Origin: an uncultured Thermoplasmata archaeon
Lineage (GTDB): Archaea > Thermoplasmatota > Thermoplasmata > UBA10834
Direction of reading: 5' to 3'
Length of the DNA stretch: 64,000 nucleotides
NCBI GenBank assembly: GCA_963748615.1
Contig: CAVVJQ010000003.1
Coordinates: forward strand, 304,599-368,598
How positions within the stretch are numbered: the stretch's first letter is position 1; every line of letters starts with the position of its first letter. Below, in pieces: positions 64,000 through 64,000 of the stretch. A program made the translations under genes and the position numbers. The notes beneath the pieces were generated by a model. The model was not told the DNA's origin, did not search any database, and worked only from the letters and a program-made list of their open reading frames with translations.

Positions 64000-64000
64000 G

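Overview
A 64-kb, gene-dense chromosomal segment from an archaeon, most likely Thermoplasmatota/Thermoplasmata. The assignment is inferred from the archaeal 16S rRNA standing alone without tRNA-Ala/23S, aEF-1a/aEF-2, TgtA, Pcc1, S8e, SRP19 and aIF2beta-TRAM. Housekeeping content: rps12-rps7-EF2-EF1a-rps10 operon, pyrG, tgtA, pth2, a group 3b [NiFe] sulfhydrogenase operon, tldD/pmbA, 16S rRNA and three tRNAs (Ala-TGC, Gln-TTG, intron-containing Ser-GCT). The most striking unexplained structure is a tandem array at the 3' end of tRNA-Ala. It has two ~1.7-kb single-gene units (NADH oxidase/CoA-disulfide reductase-like gene; catalase), each headed by a copy of the tRNA-Ala T-arm/acceptor 3' end plus a shared non-tRNA arm that runs to a promoter-like block, and no integrase is present in the window. 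It is a candidate tRNA-anchored gene-cassette array. Other notable features: a peptide ABC system whose binding protein sits on about 12 PKD repeats, with a PKD-only protein coupled to the permease and a shortened paralog elsewhere; a REC-unknown-V4R response regulator; two small orphan proteins that look like paralogs; a CxxD hydrogenase small subunit; a 16S with compensated changes that break common archaeal primer sites; and two single-base frameshifts. All calls come from reading the sequence; no searches were run.
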